A program made the translations under genes and the position numbers. The notes below the pieces were generated by a model. That model ran no database searches, was not told the DNA's origin, and was given only the letters and a program-made list of their open reading frames with translations. From an uncultured Candidatus Saccharibacteria bacterium (GTDB lineage Bacteria; Patescibacteriota; Dojkabacteria; J137), in the NCBI GenBank assembly GCA_964607415.1, contig CAZSKK010000002.1:158380-222379 (forward strand): a stretch of DNA of 64,000 nt, written 5' to 3'. This document shows, one piece after another, positions 18,135-28,404 of this stretch (position 1 is its first letter; every line of letters starts with the position of its first letter).

Positions 18135-18643
18135 GATATGTCAATATTTTGATTTGTTGAAACTGTTAAAGTGATTTCATAGATATAATTTGAATCCTGG
18201 CCGTTATAGGTTCTGATTGAATTTTTATAAAAAACTGAACCAGCAAGATCACTTTCTAACCCTACTGTATTAATTGTATTTTCAAACTCAAGCAGACACT
18301 GCTCCTCTGAGAAATAATCGTAACTACTTGTAATAATTGTAATGATTCTAACGGATTTACTAATTTCTTCTATTCTTGCAGATAAAGATCTGATCTGTGA
18401 TTTTATACTAACTAAAGACTTTTTCGCATACTCTTTCTCCTCAGCATTTGAATACTCCGACTTAATTACACTCTTATAGATATCCAAATCTAAATATCTG
18501 CTATTTATTTCGTCAATAAGTTTACCTATTCCCGCATTAGCTGTAGTTATTTTTATTTCAAATCTAGGTTTGGGGAAAACCACTTGTATGAGATTACAGA
18601 AGTCCTGAAGTAAAATTTCATTTTTAAAATTTTCAACACTCAT
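18131..18643 (-). CDS. Hypothetical protein with coiled coil
   Basis: ORF; likely start MSVENF at 18643. Confidence 0.55.
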   Translation of the reverse strand: MSVENFKNEILLQDFCNLIQVVFPKPRFEIKITTANAGIGKLIDEINSRYLDLDIYKSVIKSEYSNAEEKEYAKKSLVSIKSQIRSLSARIEEISKSVRIITIITSSYDYFSEEQCLLEFENTINTVGLESDLAGSVFYKNSIRTYNGQDSNYIYEITLTVSTNQNIDIS

Positions 18644-18730
18644 AGATGTGAATAAAATTATACCATGATGCAATAATCTTTTCGTCTTGAAAACCTTTAA
18701 CTAATTGGTATAATTAACAAGAATTTTTAT

Positions 18731-18802
18731 TCCTCCTTAGCTCAATGGTGGAGCTGCCCGCTGTTAACGGGAAGGTTGTAGGTTCGAGTCCTACAGGAGG
18801 AG
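18731..18802 (+). tRNA. tRNA-Asn(GTT)
   Basis: Acceptor TCCTCCT/AGGAGGA, D arm GCTC/GAGC, anticodon loop CTGTTAA, T loop TTCGAGT; CCA not encoded. Confidence 0.95.
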
Positions 18803-18889
18803 ATTTATTTTATTCTCAATCTTCGATTCTCCAATCCACAAATTTACTATCCAGAGTTATAATCAGTTTGCAACATTAATTATTTATTT

Positions 18890-20137
18890 ATGAAAACTTT
18901 ACACATAGAAATTTTAGCTCCAGCGGGATCATTTGAATCACTTGTTACAGCAATTAAAGCTGGCTGCAATGCAGTTTACTTTGGCATTTCTGATATGAAT
19001 ATGCGAGCAACTGCTGCCGCAAATTTTGGATTGAAAGATCTTACAAAAGTTGTTGAGCTTTGCCATAAAGAAAACATTAAAACATATCTAACATTGAATA
19101 CCCTTGTTTATGATTCTGAAATAGAAGAAATGAAATCAATTGTAAAAGCAGCATTTGACGCAAATATCGATGCAGTAATTGCAGCAGACATGGCAACAAT
19201 CTCGTATGCAAAACGTGTTGGGCTTGAAGTTCATATTTCAACACAGCTTTCAGTTTCAAACATTGAAGCGGTTAAATTCTATGCACAATTTTCAGATAGA
19301 ATTGTCCTTGCAAGGGAATTAACTTTGGAGCAAGTAAAGCAAATTTGCACCGAAATTAAAGAACAAAATATTAAAGGCCCTAAAGGGAATTTGATTGAAA
19401 TTGAAGTATTTGCCCACGGAGCACTTTGTGTTGCTGTTAGTGGAAGATGTTCAATGAGCCTTTATTGCTACAACACGTCAGCAAACAAAGGCAGATGTAC
19501 TCAAATTTGTAGAAGAAAATATAAAGTAACTGATATGGATACAGGAAACGAACTAGTGGTAGACAATAATTATATTATGAGTTCTGCTGATCTTTGTACG
19601 ATAGGAATGTTAGATAAGTTAGTTGATTCTGGAGTTTCCGTTTTAAAGTTTGAAGGCCGGGGAAGATCCCCTGAATATGTTGATACAGTGATTAGAACTT
19701 ATAAAAACGCGCTTAAATCCATTGAAGATGAGACTTACACAAAGGAAAAGATTCAGAACTGGAATAAAGATTTAAATACAGTATTTAATAGAGGATTAAC
19801 GCAAGGGTTCTACATGGGAAGACACATGAATGAATGGGCTGGTGTACACGGCAGCAAAGCAACAAAAGAAAAATATCAGATTGGAGTTGTGGAACATTAT
19901 TACAAAAAAGCTGGCATTGCCCAGGTCTTATTTCAAGCAAAAGATACTGTTAAAAAAGATGAAGAATTTATGATTATTGGGCCTAAAACTGGAATTATTA
20001 AAGGCAACCTTTCCGAAATGTGGGTTGATGATAAGTCAGTAGATGAAGTAAAACAAGGTGATGTTGTAACCTTTAAGCTAGATGATGTAGTAAGAGAAAA
20101 CGATAAGTTTTACGTTTGGCGAGACAGGATAGCGTAA
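18890..20137 (+). CDS. U32 family protein (TrhP/RlhA-like RNA hydroxylation)
   Basis: EILAPAG, HISTQ, RIVLAREL, HGALCVAVSGRC, GRCTQICR, KFEGRGR. Confidence 0.92.
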   Translation: MKTLHIEILAPAGSFESLVTAIKAGCNAVYFGISDMNMRATAAANFGLKDLTKVVELCHKENIKTYLTLNTLVYDSEIEEMKSIVKAAFDANIDAVIAADMATISYAKRVGLEVHISTQLSVSNIEAVKFYAQFSDRIVLARELTLEQVKQICTEIKEQNIKGPKGNLIEIEVFAHGALCVAVSGRCSMSLYCYNTSANKGRCTQICRRKYKVTDMDTGNELVVDNNYIMSSADLCTIGMLDKLVDSGVSVLKFEGRGRSPEYVDTVIRTYKNALKSIEDETYTKEKIQNWNKDLNTVFNRGLTQGFYMGRHMNEWAGVHGSKATKEKYQIGVVEHYYKKAGIAQVLFQAKDTVKKDEEFMIIGPKTGIIKGNLSEMWVDDKSVDEVKQGDVVTFKLDDVVRENDKFYVWRDRIA

Positions 20138-20425
20138 AATGTAAGACGCCTACTACCCTTGCCTATGCCGTAGGATCTGTAACCTTTTCAGACATTGGCA
20201 GGTTTGATAACTGGCTTAGAAAATTTAAGTATATAGTTATTGAAACATTTAAAAATACTGATGTACAAGTTACCGAAATTTACGTTAACGGCTGGGAATA
20301 TATAATTGATCCTAAGGCCTGAGTTTCAATTCCTGAGCTTGATTCATAATTCTTGATTCCTCTTTCATATTTAGGTACATTATACTTAAGTTAGCTATCT
20401 TTTTTACTTTTTACACACCTAATCT

Positions 20426-21220
20426 ATGGAAGCAAAAGCTTCAGCAAACGATCCGAAGGTTTTTTCCAATCTTAGGATTTTTAACCTTATAATGGGTGTT
20501 CTACACTTACTTCAAGGAACCTTAATGCTAGCATTAAGTAATGATACAAAGTATACATTAACAACTAGTTTTTTAAGATTTAATCCAAATGCCGCAGAAC
20601 CAGTCCGATCAGTTACTGAAGAGTTAGTTAAAATTCCTCTTGGCCCTGCAATTGCTGCTTTTCTTTTTATTTCGGCAATGGCTCACTTTACAATAGCTGC
20701 GCCTGGAGTATATGAATGGTATGTTAAAAATCTTAAAAAAGGAGCAAACTATGCTAGATGGTATGAATACTCAATTAGCTCATCTTTAATGATAGGAGTA
20801 ATTGGCATTCTTTGCGGAATATTTGATGCACCAAGCTTGATTCTATTAATGGCGTTAAACGCTTGTATGATTTTTTTTGGTCTTGTGATGGAGCTTCATA
20901 ATCAAACAACTAAAAAAACCGATTGGACTTCATTTATTTATGGTTGTTTTGCTGGAATTGTACCTTGGCTAATCTTAGGCTGGTATTTTTTTGATGCAAT
21001 TGCAAATGTAGAGACAACAAATCCTGTTCCTAAATTTGTTTATGGAATACTAATTTCGCTATTCATATTCTTTAATATTTTTGCTGTAAATATGTTTTTG
21101 CAGTACAAAAAAGTTGGGCCCTGGAAGAATTATATATTTGGTGAAAAAATGTACATAGTTTTGAGTTTACTTGCAAAGTCAGCTCTTGCTTGGCAAGTAT
21201 TTTCTGGAACATTGAGATAA
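20426..21220 (+). CDS. Heliorhodopsin
   Basis: LR.FN.IMG.LHLLQ, AHF, RWYEYSISSSLM, FGLVME, LQYKKVGPW, GE..YIVLSLLAKS.LAWQ with the retinal-binding Lys. Confidence 0.95.
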   Translation: MEAKASANDPKVFSNLRIFNLIMGVLHLLQGTLMLALSNDTKYTLTTSFLRFNPNAAEPVRSVTEELVKIPLGPAIAAFLFISAMAHFTIAAPGVYEWYVKNLKKGANYARWYEYSISSSLMIGVIGILCGIFDAPSLILLMALNACMIFFGLVMELHNQTTKKTDWTSFIYGCFAGIVPWLILGWYFFDAIANVETTNPVPKFVYGILISLFIFFNIFAVNMFLQYKKVGPWKNYIFGEKMYIVLSLLAKSALAWQVFSGTLR

Positions 21221-21255
21221 AAAAATAAATTTTATAAAACGAATTAAAGTTGCAA

Positions 21256-21286
21256 TCCCCTTCTTGAATGTGGCAAGAGGGGGGGA
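21256..21286 (+). terminator. GC-rich hairpin after heliorhodopsin
   Basis: TCCCCTTCTTG-loop-CAAGAGGGGGGGA; no strong U tract. Confidence 0.4.
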
Positions 21287-21525
21287 GAAGTTCATTGTTC
21301 TTAAACTTGCAGCATTAATTAGCATCTGGGACATAAAGATGTAAGTTTTTATAAATTACTTTAAACTTTTTTACTTGTAACTTTCAACTTTTCTAGTACA
21401 CCTGTTTATACAAAAATATTAAAATGAATAAACTTAAATTAAATAGCTTTGCACTTACTGATTTTTGCTTCTAGAACGACCATCCAATGGTCTTTAAAGC
21501 CAATTTTTGCTATAATTTAAAATCT

Positions 21526-24500
21526 ATGGAAGTAATAACAAGTCCTAACAATGCAAATTCAGAAGTAAAGTTTAGTACTCGACCTAGACCAACTCATTTA
21601 ATTGATAGAAGAGAAATAGTAATAGATTATCTTAGAGGTTTTGCAGTGGCTTTGATGATTATTACCCATGTAATTGCCATTACTTTCAACGGTAGTTCTG
21701 GAAATGAATTAGTAAAAAATATTGGGCTTATTGGAGGAATAGGATCTTTCACTTCATTTTTATTTATATCTGGTATAAGTTCTTTTTTAAGTTTTGTTAA
21801 GAATGATGATAGTGAAGCCGAAAAAATAAAACAAAAGGGAAGAAGAATAATTGCCAAAAATTTACAACTGTTGGGCATTTATTACATTTTGGCTACTTTT
21901 TCGATTTTTGTTAATACTTCGCTTTATTCCTTTCCACCTAATACGGGCTGGATAGAGACAATTACAAAAACGGTATTTTTTATTATAGTTCCTCCCTTTA
22001 CTGAGTTTCTACTTGCACTTTTAGCTTTCAGCTTAAGTACAGTATTTTTAAGAAAACTTTATAGATTTCTACTAAATAATCCTCTAATTGGGCTTCCTTT
22101 TATGGGAGCTAGTTTCGCGATTGGATCATTAATATACAAAGTTGATTTTGGAGCGACGGAACTAAATTCTATTAAAGCCTTGTTTGGGGGACACCTTGAA
22201 TACCATACATTCCCGCTATTTCAATATCTGCCTATCTTTTTGCTTGGATTGTATTTTGGGAAATTTTTATACAATAATGCTGATGTACTAAAAAGATTAA
22301 AGTTAAATTTTATTTGGTTAATTATCTTTGGCACGTTCACAATTCAAAGCTACTTCGTCTTTAATTATTTTGATTACCAGATTTTTGATGCACTTCCCGA
22401 TTCAGGTAGATTTCCACCGTCATTAGCATTCATTGCCCTTAGCTTAACCATTACTTTGAGTGCCATGTTTATAATAACGGCACTATTCAAAGCAATCCCT
22501 AGTTTGATAAAAGCCCCTCTACATTTTATGGGAGTGAATGCTTTAGACATGTTCTTTTTTCATACAGCAATTTTGTTTTTGTACAAATACTTAACATCAA
22601 GCAGCGTTAATCCTAATGGCAAACTTTACTCTGGTACAATAACAATTTTATTTCTATATTTTGTTGTCATTGCATTAAGTATAATCTTTACTAATGTTCG
22701 GAGAAGTTTTAAAGATTGGAGTACACAAGAAAACGGAGGAGATCTGTGGTGGTTCTTTACCGAAAGAGCCGTATCATCAATTATATTTGTAATTATTTTT
22801 GGTATTGTAGGGACAACTTTTTATAGAGACGTTTTTGCAAACCCTGCAAGTTTAGATACAGCTAACATTCAATTTAAAAAAAGATTAATTAGAGAAGAAG
22901 AATGGCCAATATGGTGGGATAATGGTTTTGAAGCATTTAGGCAATTAATGATTACCGCACCTGCTTCTGATAATCTATTTAAAAATAGTTGGGTGAGTGC
23001 AAGCTTTAATCACAGAGAAGCATTAAACAATGGCAGAGCTTACTACGAAAATGGATCTGATGTGCGGGTAGTATTTTATGATTCAGTTTTGGGAGAGTTT
23101 AAAGAGCTTCCTTTTAAATTTGAATCTATAGGTACTGAATCTGCTTCAGTCACATTCAAACTTGTTGAAGATATTCCTTCAGCAACGCAGCTGGATCGAT
23201 ACTTTATTTACTACGGAAATGAATTTATAAGAGATTTTACAGATACTAAAGATACGCCTAGTGGATCGGTTTTTGCAAGTGGGGTATCTGTAAATCCTGA
23301 AACTATCCATTCAATAGATGCCTCCGTAAATAGAAGATGGTACCTTAAAAAGAAAGAAACTGCTTACCAAGCAGCCTCTTTGGTTGTGAGTGCTAGGTTG
23401 AACAACGAAAATATAGCCGATGGAAGTATAGTGACATACTCTATCCCAGGAACTGATAAATTTGGAAGGATGAAGCAGGTTAACGGAAGAGATTATCAAG
23501 CATCAATTGTTGTTTCTGACTTAGAACCAGGTATTTATTCTGTTGTTGCGAATGTAACAGAATCTAAAGATGATTTAAAAATATTTAGAAGCCAGGAAAT
23601 CCCGTTCTATATAACTTATCCTATATATGTTACCTGGACTCAGGACTGGGAAGGCTTTGATGTTAACCAAGTTGATCTCGACAGTATGGCATCAATTGCT
23701 GATCAACATGGAATGCCCATGGTTCACCTTTTTAACCCTAGAATTTACATAAGAAATCAATATTCTTATGCCAATATTAGTGAATCTAGAGCTAAATACA
23801 TCTCAGACTGGGTTAAAGAAAGACAGCAAGAGAGATTTGAAGAAATAGGAATGCATATGCATATGTTTCCAGATATGGTTTCAGAAGCAGGAGTTGCACC
23901 AAAATACGATGTAGTTGTAGGAGCAGCGTATGGAGATACCAAAACAAATGCCTACACCGAAGAAGAGTTAACAAAAATCTTCTCGTGGGGTAGACAAAAA
24001 TTTTCAGAAAATGCGTTAGGCGCCCCAATTAGCTACAGAACTGGCGCATGGATGTCAGGACCAAATGTTCTTAAAGCCGCCCAGAATACTGGCTTTCTTA
24101 TTGATACAACCGGAAGAACTGGAGGACCAATTAACCCAGCCCAACCTTCTAGTTCCCAAGTTCCTTGGAGCTTATCTGTAACAACATATCCATACCTTCC
24201 TAGTGTAAGCGATATTAATAAATGGGAAGGTGATAGATTAAACATATGGGAATTTCCTAATAACGGCGCCGACTCCTTCTGGTTTAGCTTGCAAGAATTG
24301 ATAAGTAGATTTGATCAAAACTATCCAAATAAAGGTTCTATTGTAACAAGACCTCAGGTAGTTACGTACTTATCTCACCCTCACTGGTTTGCAGGTGTAG
24401 ATAGTCCAAAAATTAGAGGCTTGTTTAGCTATACCGATCAGTTTTTATTTAAAAATGACGCAGGACCAGTTATTTACGCAACCCTTGAAGACATCTATTC

Positions 24501-24537
24501 TCAATGGGATAGGGATAAATTTATCAATGGAAATTAA
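21526..24537 (+). CDS. Fusion: membrane acyltransferase (DUF1624/HGSNAT/OpgC-like) + DUF2341-like beta domain + polysaccharide deacetylase-like domain
   Basis: IDYLRGFAVALMIITH and about 11 TMs; WW...F..RQL.I...G.DVRV; TQDWEG, EIGMHMH, SYRTGAW and SHPH NodB-like motifs. Confidence 0.75.
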   Translation: MEVITSPNNANSEVKFSTRPRPTHLIDRREIVIDYLRGFAVALMIITHVIAITFNGSSGNELVKNIGLIGGIGSFTSFLFISGISSFLSFVKNDDSEAEKIKQKGRRIIAKNLQLLGIYYILATFSIFVNTSLYSFPPNTGWIETITKTVFFIIVPPFTEFLLALLAFSLSTVFLRKLYRFLLNNPLIGLPFMGASFAIGSLIYKVDFGATELNSIKALFGGHLEYHTFPLFQYLPIFLLGLYFGKFLYNNADVLKRLKLNFIWLIIFGTFTIQSYFVFNYFDYQIFDALPDSGRFPPSLAFIALSLTITLSAMFIITALFKAIPSLIKAPLHFMGVNALDMFFFHTAILFLYKYLTSSSVNPNGKLYSGTITILFLYFVVIALSIIFTNVRRSFKDWSTQENGGDLWWFFTERAVSSIIFVIIFGIVGTTFYRDVFANPASLDTANIQFKKRLIREEEWPIWWDNGFEAFRQLMITAPASDNLFKNSWVSASFNHREALNNGRAYYENGSDVRVVFYDSVLGEFKELPFKFESIGTESASVTFKLVEDIPSATQLDRYFIYYGNEFIRDFTDTKDTPSGSVFASGVSVNPETIHSIDASVNRRWYLKKKETAYQAASLVVSARLNNENIADGSIVTYSIPGTDKFGRMKQVNGRDYQASIVVSDLEPGIYSVVANVTESKDDLKIFRSQEIPFYITYPIYVTWTQDWEGFDVNQVDLDSMASIADQHGMPMVHLFNPRIYIRNQYSYANISESRAKYISDWVKERQQERFEEIGMHMHMFPDMVSEAGVAPKYDVVVGAAYGDTKTNAYTEEELTKIFSWGRQKFSENALGAPISYRTGAWMSGPNVLKAAQNTGFLIDTTGRTGGPINPAQPSSSQVPWSLSVTTYPYLPSVSDINKWEGDRLNIWEFPNNGADSFWFSLQELISRFDQNYPNKGSIVTRPQVVTYLSHPHWFAGVDSPKIRGLFSYTDQFLFKNDAGPVIYATLEDIYSQWDRDKFINGN

Positions 24538-24540
24538 GTT

Positions 24541-26565
24541 ATGACTAATTTAGAATTTTCAACCTATATAACCTTCTTTATAGCTTTTGCTCTACTGGCT
24601 TTAGCTTTCGACTTACTATTTATTGGAAAGTTCCTTTACAAAGTGGTCAAAAAACGACACTTTAAAATTAGCTTCAAAAGCAAAAAATTATGGTTGAAGA
24701 TTTTGGTTTTCCTGTTATTTAACATTGCAATTCCAGGTGCAATTACTTATGTAGCATATCAAAAATACGAAAAGACAACTCCAACAATTACAAAATCAAC
24801 GCCATCAGGTGAAGGAGTTTGGTCCAGTTATTCAAAGCCTTTAGAAGTTGAATTCAATGTGCCTGTAAGCACTGTGAGGCTTTCTCCTAAAATAAATCCT
24901 ACTCTTGCCGGTGAATGGAAATGGGAACCTTACTATGGAACGCATGCACTAACAACTAAGGGTAAGTTCTACCCAAATGAAAGTTTATTCCCTGGGCAAA
25001 GAGTTGTTGTTTACATAACAGGAATCAGGCGAGCAAAGCATAATGAAAATCATGAAGCTGGGTTTGTATTTGATTCAGTTAAACTACCTGAAATTAATGT
25101 CTCAGACCCATTTAATAAATCTAAGGATGTTTCTTTAGAAACAAACATAGATTTGTTTTTAAATAAAAAAGATGAAAACTTACAAAACTGGAAATTTGAA
25201 TTTTCGCCAAAAATCGACTTCGAGGTCAGAACAATAAGCGAAACGCAATTTCAAATAGACCCAGCACTACCGTTTAATCAAAGTGAGAAGTACACACTTT
25301 ATGTTTCAAGACAAGCTAAAAGAGTTAACCTTGAAAACAAAGAGACAATAGAAGAGGATGGATACGAAGTTGTTAATAGGATTGAATTTGAAACACCTAA
25401 AGAGCCGCTTGTTAAAAGTTTTTCTCCAAAAGGTACTGGCGTAAAACAAGATGCTAAGATTAGAATTCGTTTTGAAGTACCAATGATTAGAGAGAACGTG
25501 GAGACATTATTTAAAATCACTCCAAGCGTTGAAGGTACTTTTGGATGGGAGGATGATAGAATCCTTAATTTTACACCCAATACCCTACTTCCAAAGGAAA
25601 CTTCTTATAAAGTTTCATTTCCTGAAGGTCTAGAAAGCCAAGGTGGTGGTGTTTCTGCCAAAGAAATTAGTTTTGAATTTGTAACAATTGGCGCAATACA
25701 ATTGCAATCATCTAGTCCTGCAAATGCTGCAACTAGAGTTAATGAATCTACAGAAATTAAAATAACTTTTGACCAAGAAGTTGATCAAACTTCCGCTCAA
25801 TCAAATTTTACGATATCTCCAAATATTGGAGGTAATTTTAGATGGGAAGGCAATACAATGATTTTTGACCCAAATAACAATTTGAATTTCAGCACAACCT
25901 ATACTGTTTCTCTTCAACCTGGAATTAAGTCGATTTATGGAATTGATAGCAGGGACAAATTTAACTTTAGTTTTACAACCAGATCAAACCAGGTGACTAT
26001 TTCTCTACCTATTTTTTATCAACCTCAGCCTTCATTCTCTTGTAATATTTATGCAACCAGAATGGGACTTGCATGGAAAGGTTACAACCTGGATGCAACA
26101 GCTATTATCGCTGAATTAGGCTATAACGATCAAAATATTAATGGGCAATGGCAAGGAAACCCAAACACACAATATGTTGGAACATATGATGGAAGTTGGG
26201 GATACGGTGTACACTGGAATCCAGTAAAAAGATTATTTGATAACAGAGGCCTAACGACCACCTTAAACGTAGGTTGGAACACGAGAGATCTTGCAAGAAC
26301 AATAGAAAACGGCAATCCCGTTATCATTTGGCGATATAATGGTGTTAGTGCAGATTATAACCTGAATTGGGTTGCGGCTGATGGTACCTATGTAAATGCA
26401 ATTAATGGACAACACGGTGGAGTTATTACAGGGTACAGAGGTACAAGTGACAATCCTACACAATTTCAAATTAATGATCCTTGGTATGGAATAATCTGGA
26501 TGGATGCCGGGGTATTTGATTACTATTGGTCTCGCTTAAATCGAGTTGGGTTGGTAATATATTAG
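24541..26565 (+). CDS. Membrane-anchored Ig-like (Big_5) repeat protein with C-terminal C39-like peptidase
   Basis: Two N-terminal TMs; repeated P....V.....I.I.F...M/V....F.P...L...T.Y.V units; Q...SC, H..VITGY and NDPW catalytic motifs. Confidence 0.85.
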   Translation: MTNLEFSTYITFFIAFALLALAFDLLFIGKFLYKVVKKRHFKISFKSKKLWLKILVFLLFNIAIPGAITYVAYQKYEKTTPTITKSTPSGEGVWSSYSKPLEVEFNVPVSTVRLSPKINPTLAGEWKWEPYYGTHALTTKGKFYPNESLFPGQRVVVYITGIRRAKHNENHEAGFVFDSVKLPEINVSDPFNKSKDVSLETNIDLFLNKKDENLQNWKFEFSPKIDFEVRTISETQFQIDPALPFNQSEKYTLYVSRQAKRVNLENKETIEEDGYEVVNRIEFETPKEPLVKSFSPKGTGVKQDAKIRIRFEVPMIRENVETLFKITPSVEGTFGWEDDRILNFTPNTLLPKETSYKVSFPEGLESQGGGVSAKEISFEFVTIGAIQLQSSSPANAATRVNESTEIKITFDQEVDQTSAQSNFTISPNIGGNFRWEGNTMIFDPNNNLNFSTTYTVSLQPGIKSIYGIDSRDKFNFSFTTRSNQVTISLPIFYQPQPSFSCNIYATRMGLAWKGYNLDATAIIAELGYNDQNINGQWQGNPNTQYVGTYDGSWGYGVHWNPVKRLFDNRGLTTTLNVGWNTRDLARTIENGNPVIIWRYNGVSADYNLNWVAADGTYVNAINGQHGGVITGYRGTSDNPTQFQINDPWYGIIWMDAGVFDYYWSRLNRVGLVIY

Positions 26566-26582
26566 AGCATATTAAATAGATT

Positions 26583-26728
26583 TCCTCTCCCCGAGAATGC
26601 ACGTTGTGCATTCGAGTGCAGCTGATTAGCTCCATTCGACAGCATAATATGCTGTCTCAGGATTAAGGTGAGGGTTTATACCGAGTTGGTGCATAACCTC
26701 ACCCTCCCCTCTCCTAATAGGAGAGGGA
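26583..26728. repeat. Cluster of nested hairpins including a BoxC-like CCCTCTCC/GGAGAGGG and GGTGAGG element
   Basis: GAATGCAC/GTGCATTC, GACAGCAT/ATGCTGTC, GGTGAGG/CCTCACC, CCCTCTCCT/AGGAGAGGG. Confidence 0.65.
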
Positions 26729-26761
26729 TTTTGGAGATAATCTTAAATCATTTTTTTAATC

Positions 26762-26992
26762 ATGTTAAAACAGCTAGTCTACTCTCTAACAATTTCACTT
26801 ATGGTAGCCGGAGGATTCCTAGCGTACATGTTTTTAATCGGAATTCCCAAAACTAAAGCCAGAAACTATTACAATCAAGGTATGATTGCAAGGGAGGAAG
26901 GAAATGAAGCCGAAGCTCAAAAAGATTTTGAAAAAGCTCTTACTTATTGGGACGAAGAATATATTAAAAAGGAAATGAAGAAAAGTGAATAA
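26762..26992 (+). CDS. Small membrane-anchored TPR protein
   Basis: N-terminal TM then AR.YYNQG......GN..EA..DFEKAL. Confidence 0.7.
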   Translation: MLKQLVYSLTISLMVAGGFLAYMFLIGIPKTKARNYYNQGMIAREEGNEAEAQKDFEKALTYWDEEYIKKEMKKSE

Positions 26993-27055
26993 GTGTTAAT
27001 TGGTTATTAGTTGATTGGTTAATTGGCTCTTGTACTAATTAACCATTATACTAAT

Positions 27056-28063
27056 TTACTCATTAACTTTGTTCTCGCTAGCCAGCCAGAGGTACTCATG
27101 CCCACTACCCTTTTTCTTCCCTTCAATTTGAACTTCTAAGAGCTCTAATACACCGTTAGAAAGTTGAAGGTAAAGTTTTTTGTTTTGTTTAAATATGAAA
27201 GCATTGTCAGAAGCCTTACGCTCTAAGCCATACGCTTCTGACCTCTGACCACTAACCTCAGACCTAACTGCCTTATATATCTTCAATACCTTTGTATCCC
27301 TTTCTCGTAATTCATTTTTCGTAATTGGGAGTCTAGTCCACGCTATGGGCCACGGGTTAAATGCTCTAATCATTCTTTCTGAAACATTTATATCCGTTTC
27401 AAACTTAATCTCAGCTTTATCTTTAGAAATATCTGTTTTATAACAATATGTAGCCTTAGAATCATCTTGAGGGAATTCTTCTAATTCTCCTGAAATCCAA
27501 TTTTCAAGATTTTCAGATAAAATTTCTTTCGCAACAAGTGATAATTCATTCATTAACTCTCCTGCCGTTTTGCCCTCTACCTCTAAACCTCTCGACCTTG
27601 CGATTACGGGACCTTTATCCATTTCAGAAACCATTCTTTGAATAGTAACACCAGTTTCTTTAAATCCTTGTAAAACTGCCATTTGAACAGGAACAGCTCC
27701 TCTTAATAAAGGTAAAAATGATCCATGAATATTTAAACATTTGTGTTTAGGATACTCCAAAATATCATCAGGAATTATTTGTCCATAAGCTGCAACAATT
27801 ATAAGTTCAGGTTTAAATTTTTCTAAAATTACTTTAGATTCCAGCCTTAATTTTATAGGAGTAATAATTTTGTCCGAATCAAAGCCTTTTGATTGTGCAT
27901 ATGTTTTTATTTCAGTTGGTGTTAACACTTGCTTTCGACCAACAGGTTTATCTGGTTGAGTTACAATTCCAACTAGATCTATAAAATCACAACTCATCAG
28001 AAACTCCAATGAAGGGGTTCCAAAATCACTTGAACCGATAAAAAGAGTTCTTACTTTGTTCAT
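27056..28063 (-). CDS. fmt: Methionyl-tRNA formyltransferase
   Basis: VTQPDKPVGR, AAYGQI, NIHGS.LP..RGA.P, IRAFNPWP; carries repeat-encoded insertions. Confidence 0.95.
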   Translation of the reverse strand: MNKVRTLFIGSSDFGTPSLEFLMSCDFIDLVGIVTQPDKPVGRKQVLTPTEIKTYAQSKGFDSDKIITPIKLRLESKVILEKFKPELIIVAAYGQIIPDDILEYPKHKCLNIHGSFLPLLRGAVPVQMAVLQGFKETGVTIQRMVSEMDKGPVIARSRGLEVEGKTAGELMNELSLVAKEILSENLENWISGELEEFPQDDSKATYCYKTDISKDKAEIKFETDINVSERMIRAFNPWPIAWTRLPITKNELRERDTKVLKIYKAVRSEVSGQRSEAYGLERKASDNAFIFKQNKKLYLQLSNGVLELLEVQIEGKKKGSGHEYLWLASENKVNE

Positions 28064-28200
28064 AGAAATAGTTAATTAGTTGTTAGTTGATTTGTTAATC
28101 GGTTGTTTTACTAATTAACTATTATACCAATTGACGAATTAACTTCCTATATTCTTTATTCTTGATTCATAATTCTGAATTTGTGCTAAAATCAGTTAAC

Positions 28201-28404
28201 GCATTGAAGGAGCAATCACTCCGGAGCAAAGAGCAGAACAGCCAAAGAGCAATAGAGATGAAGAGCAAGCTTAATAGCTCTAAAACTCTCAACCTCTTAA
28301 GCTTATTAGACCTCTTCGGGTAGCCCGAAATAGCTATAAAATTAAGTGCTTGGCAACTTCGCCAGGAATTAGGGTGGTAACACGGTAAACTTCATATCGT
28401 CCCT
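28201..28404 (+). promoter_or_regulatory. ileS T-box riboswitch, ultrashort Stem I type
   Basis: GCATTGAA-GGAG-CAATCA-CTCC-GGAGC with Ile specifier ATC (28215-28217); Stem II AGAA...ATTA; CGGGTAGCCCG..GCTA pseudoknot; T-box AGGGTGGTAACACGG...CGTCCCT; TGnTAAAAT promoter at 28184-28192. Confidence 0.85.

Noticed and set aside
20116-20322. 68 aa ORF between U32 and heliorhodopsin
   Set aside because: TTG start inside the U32 gene and no motif; may be a gene remnant but cannot be supported
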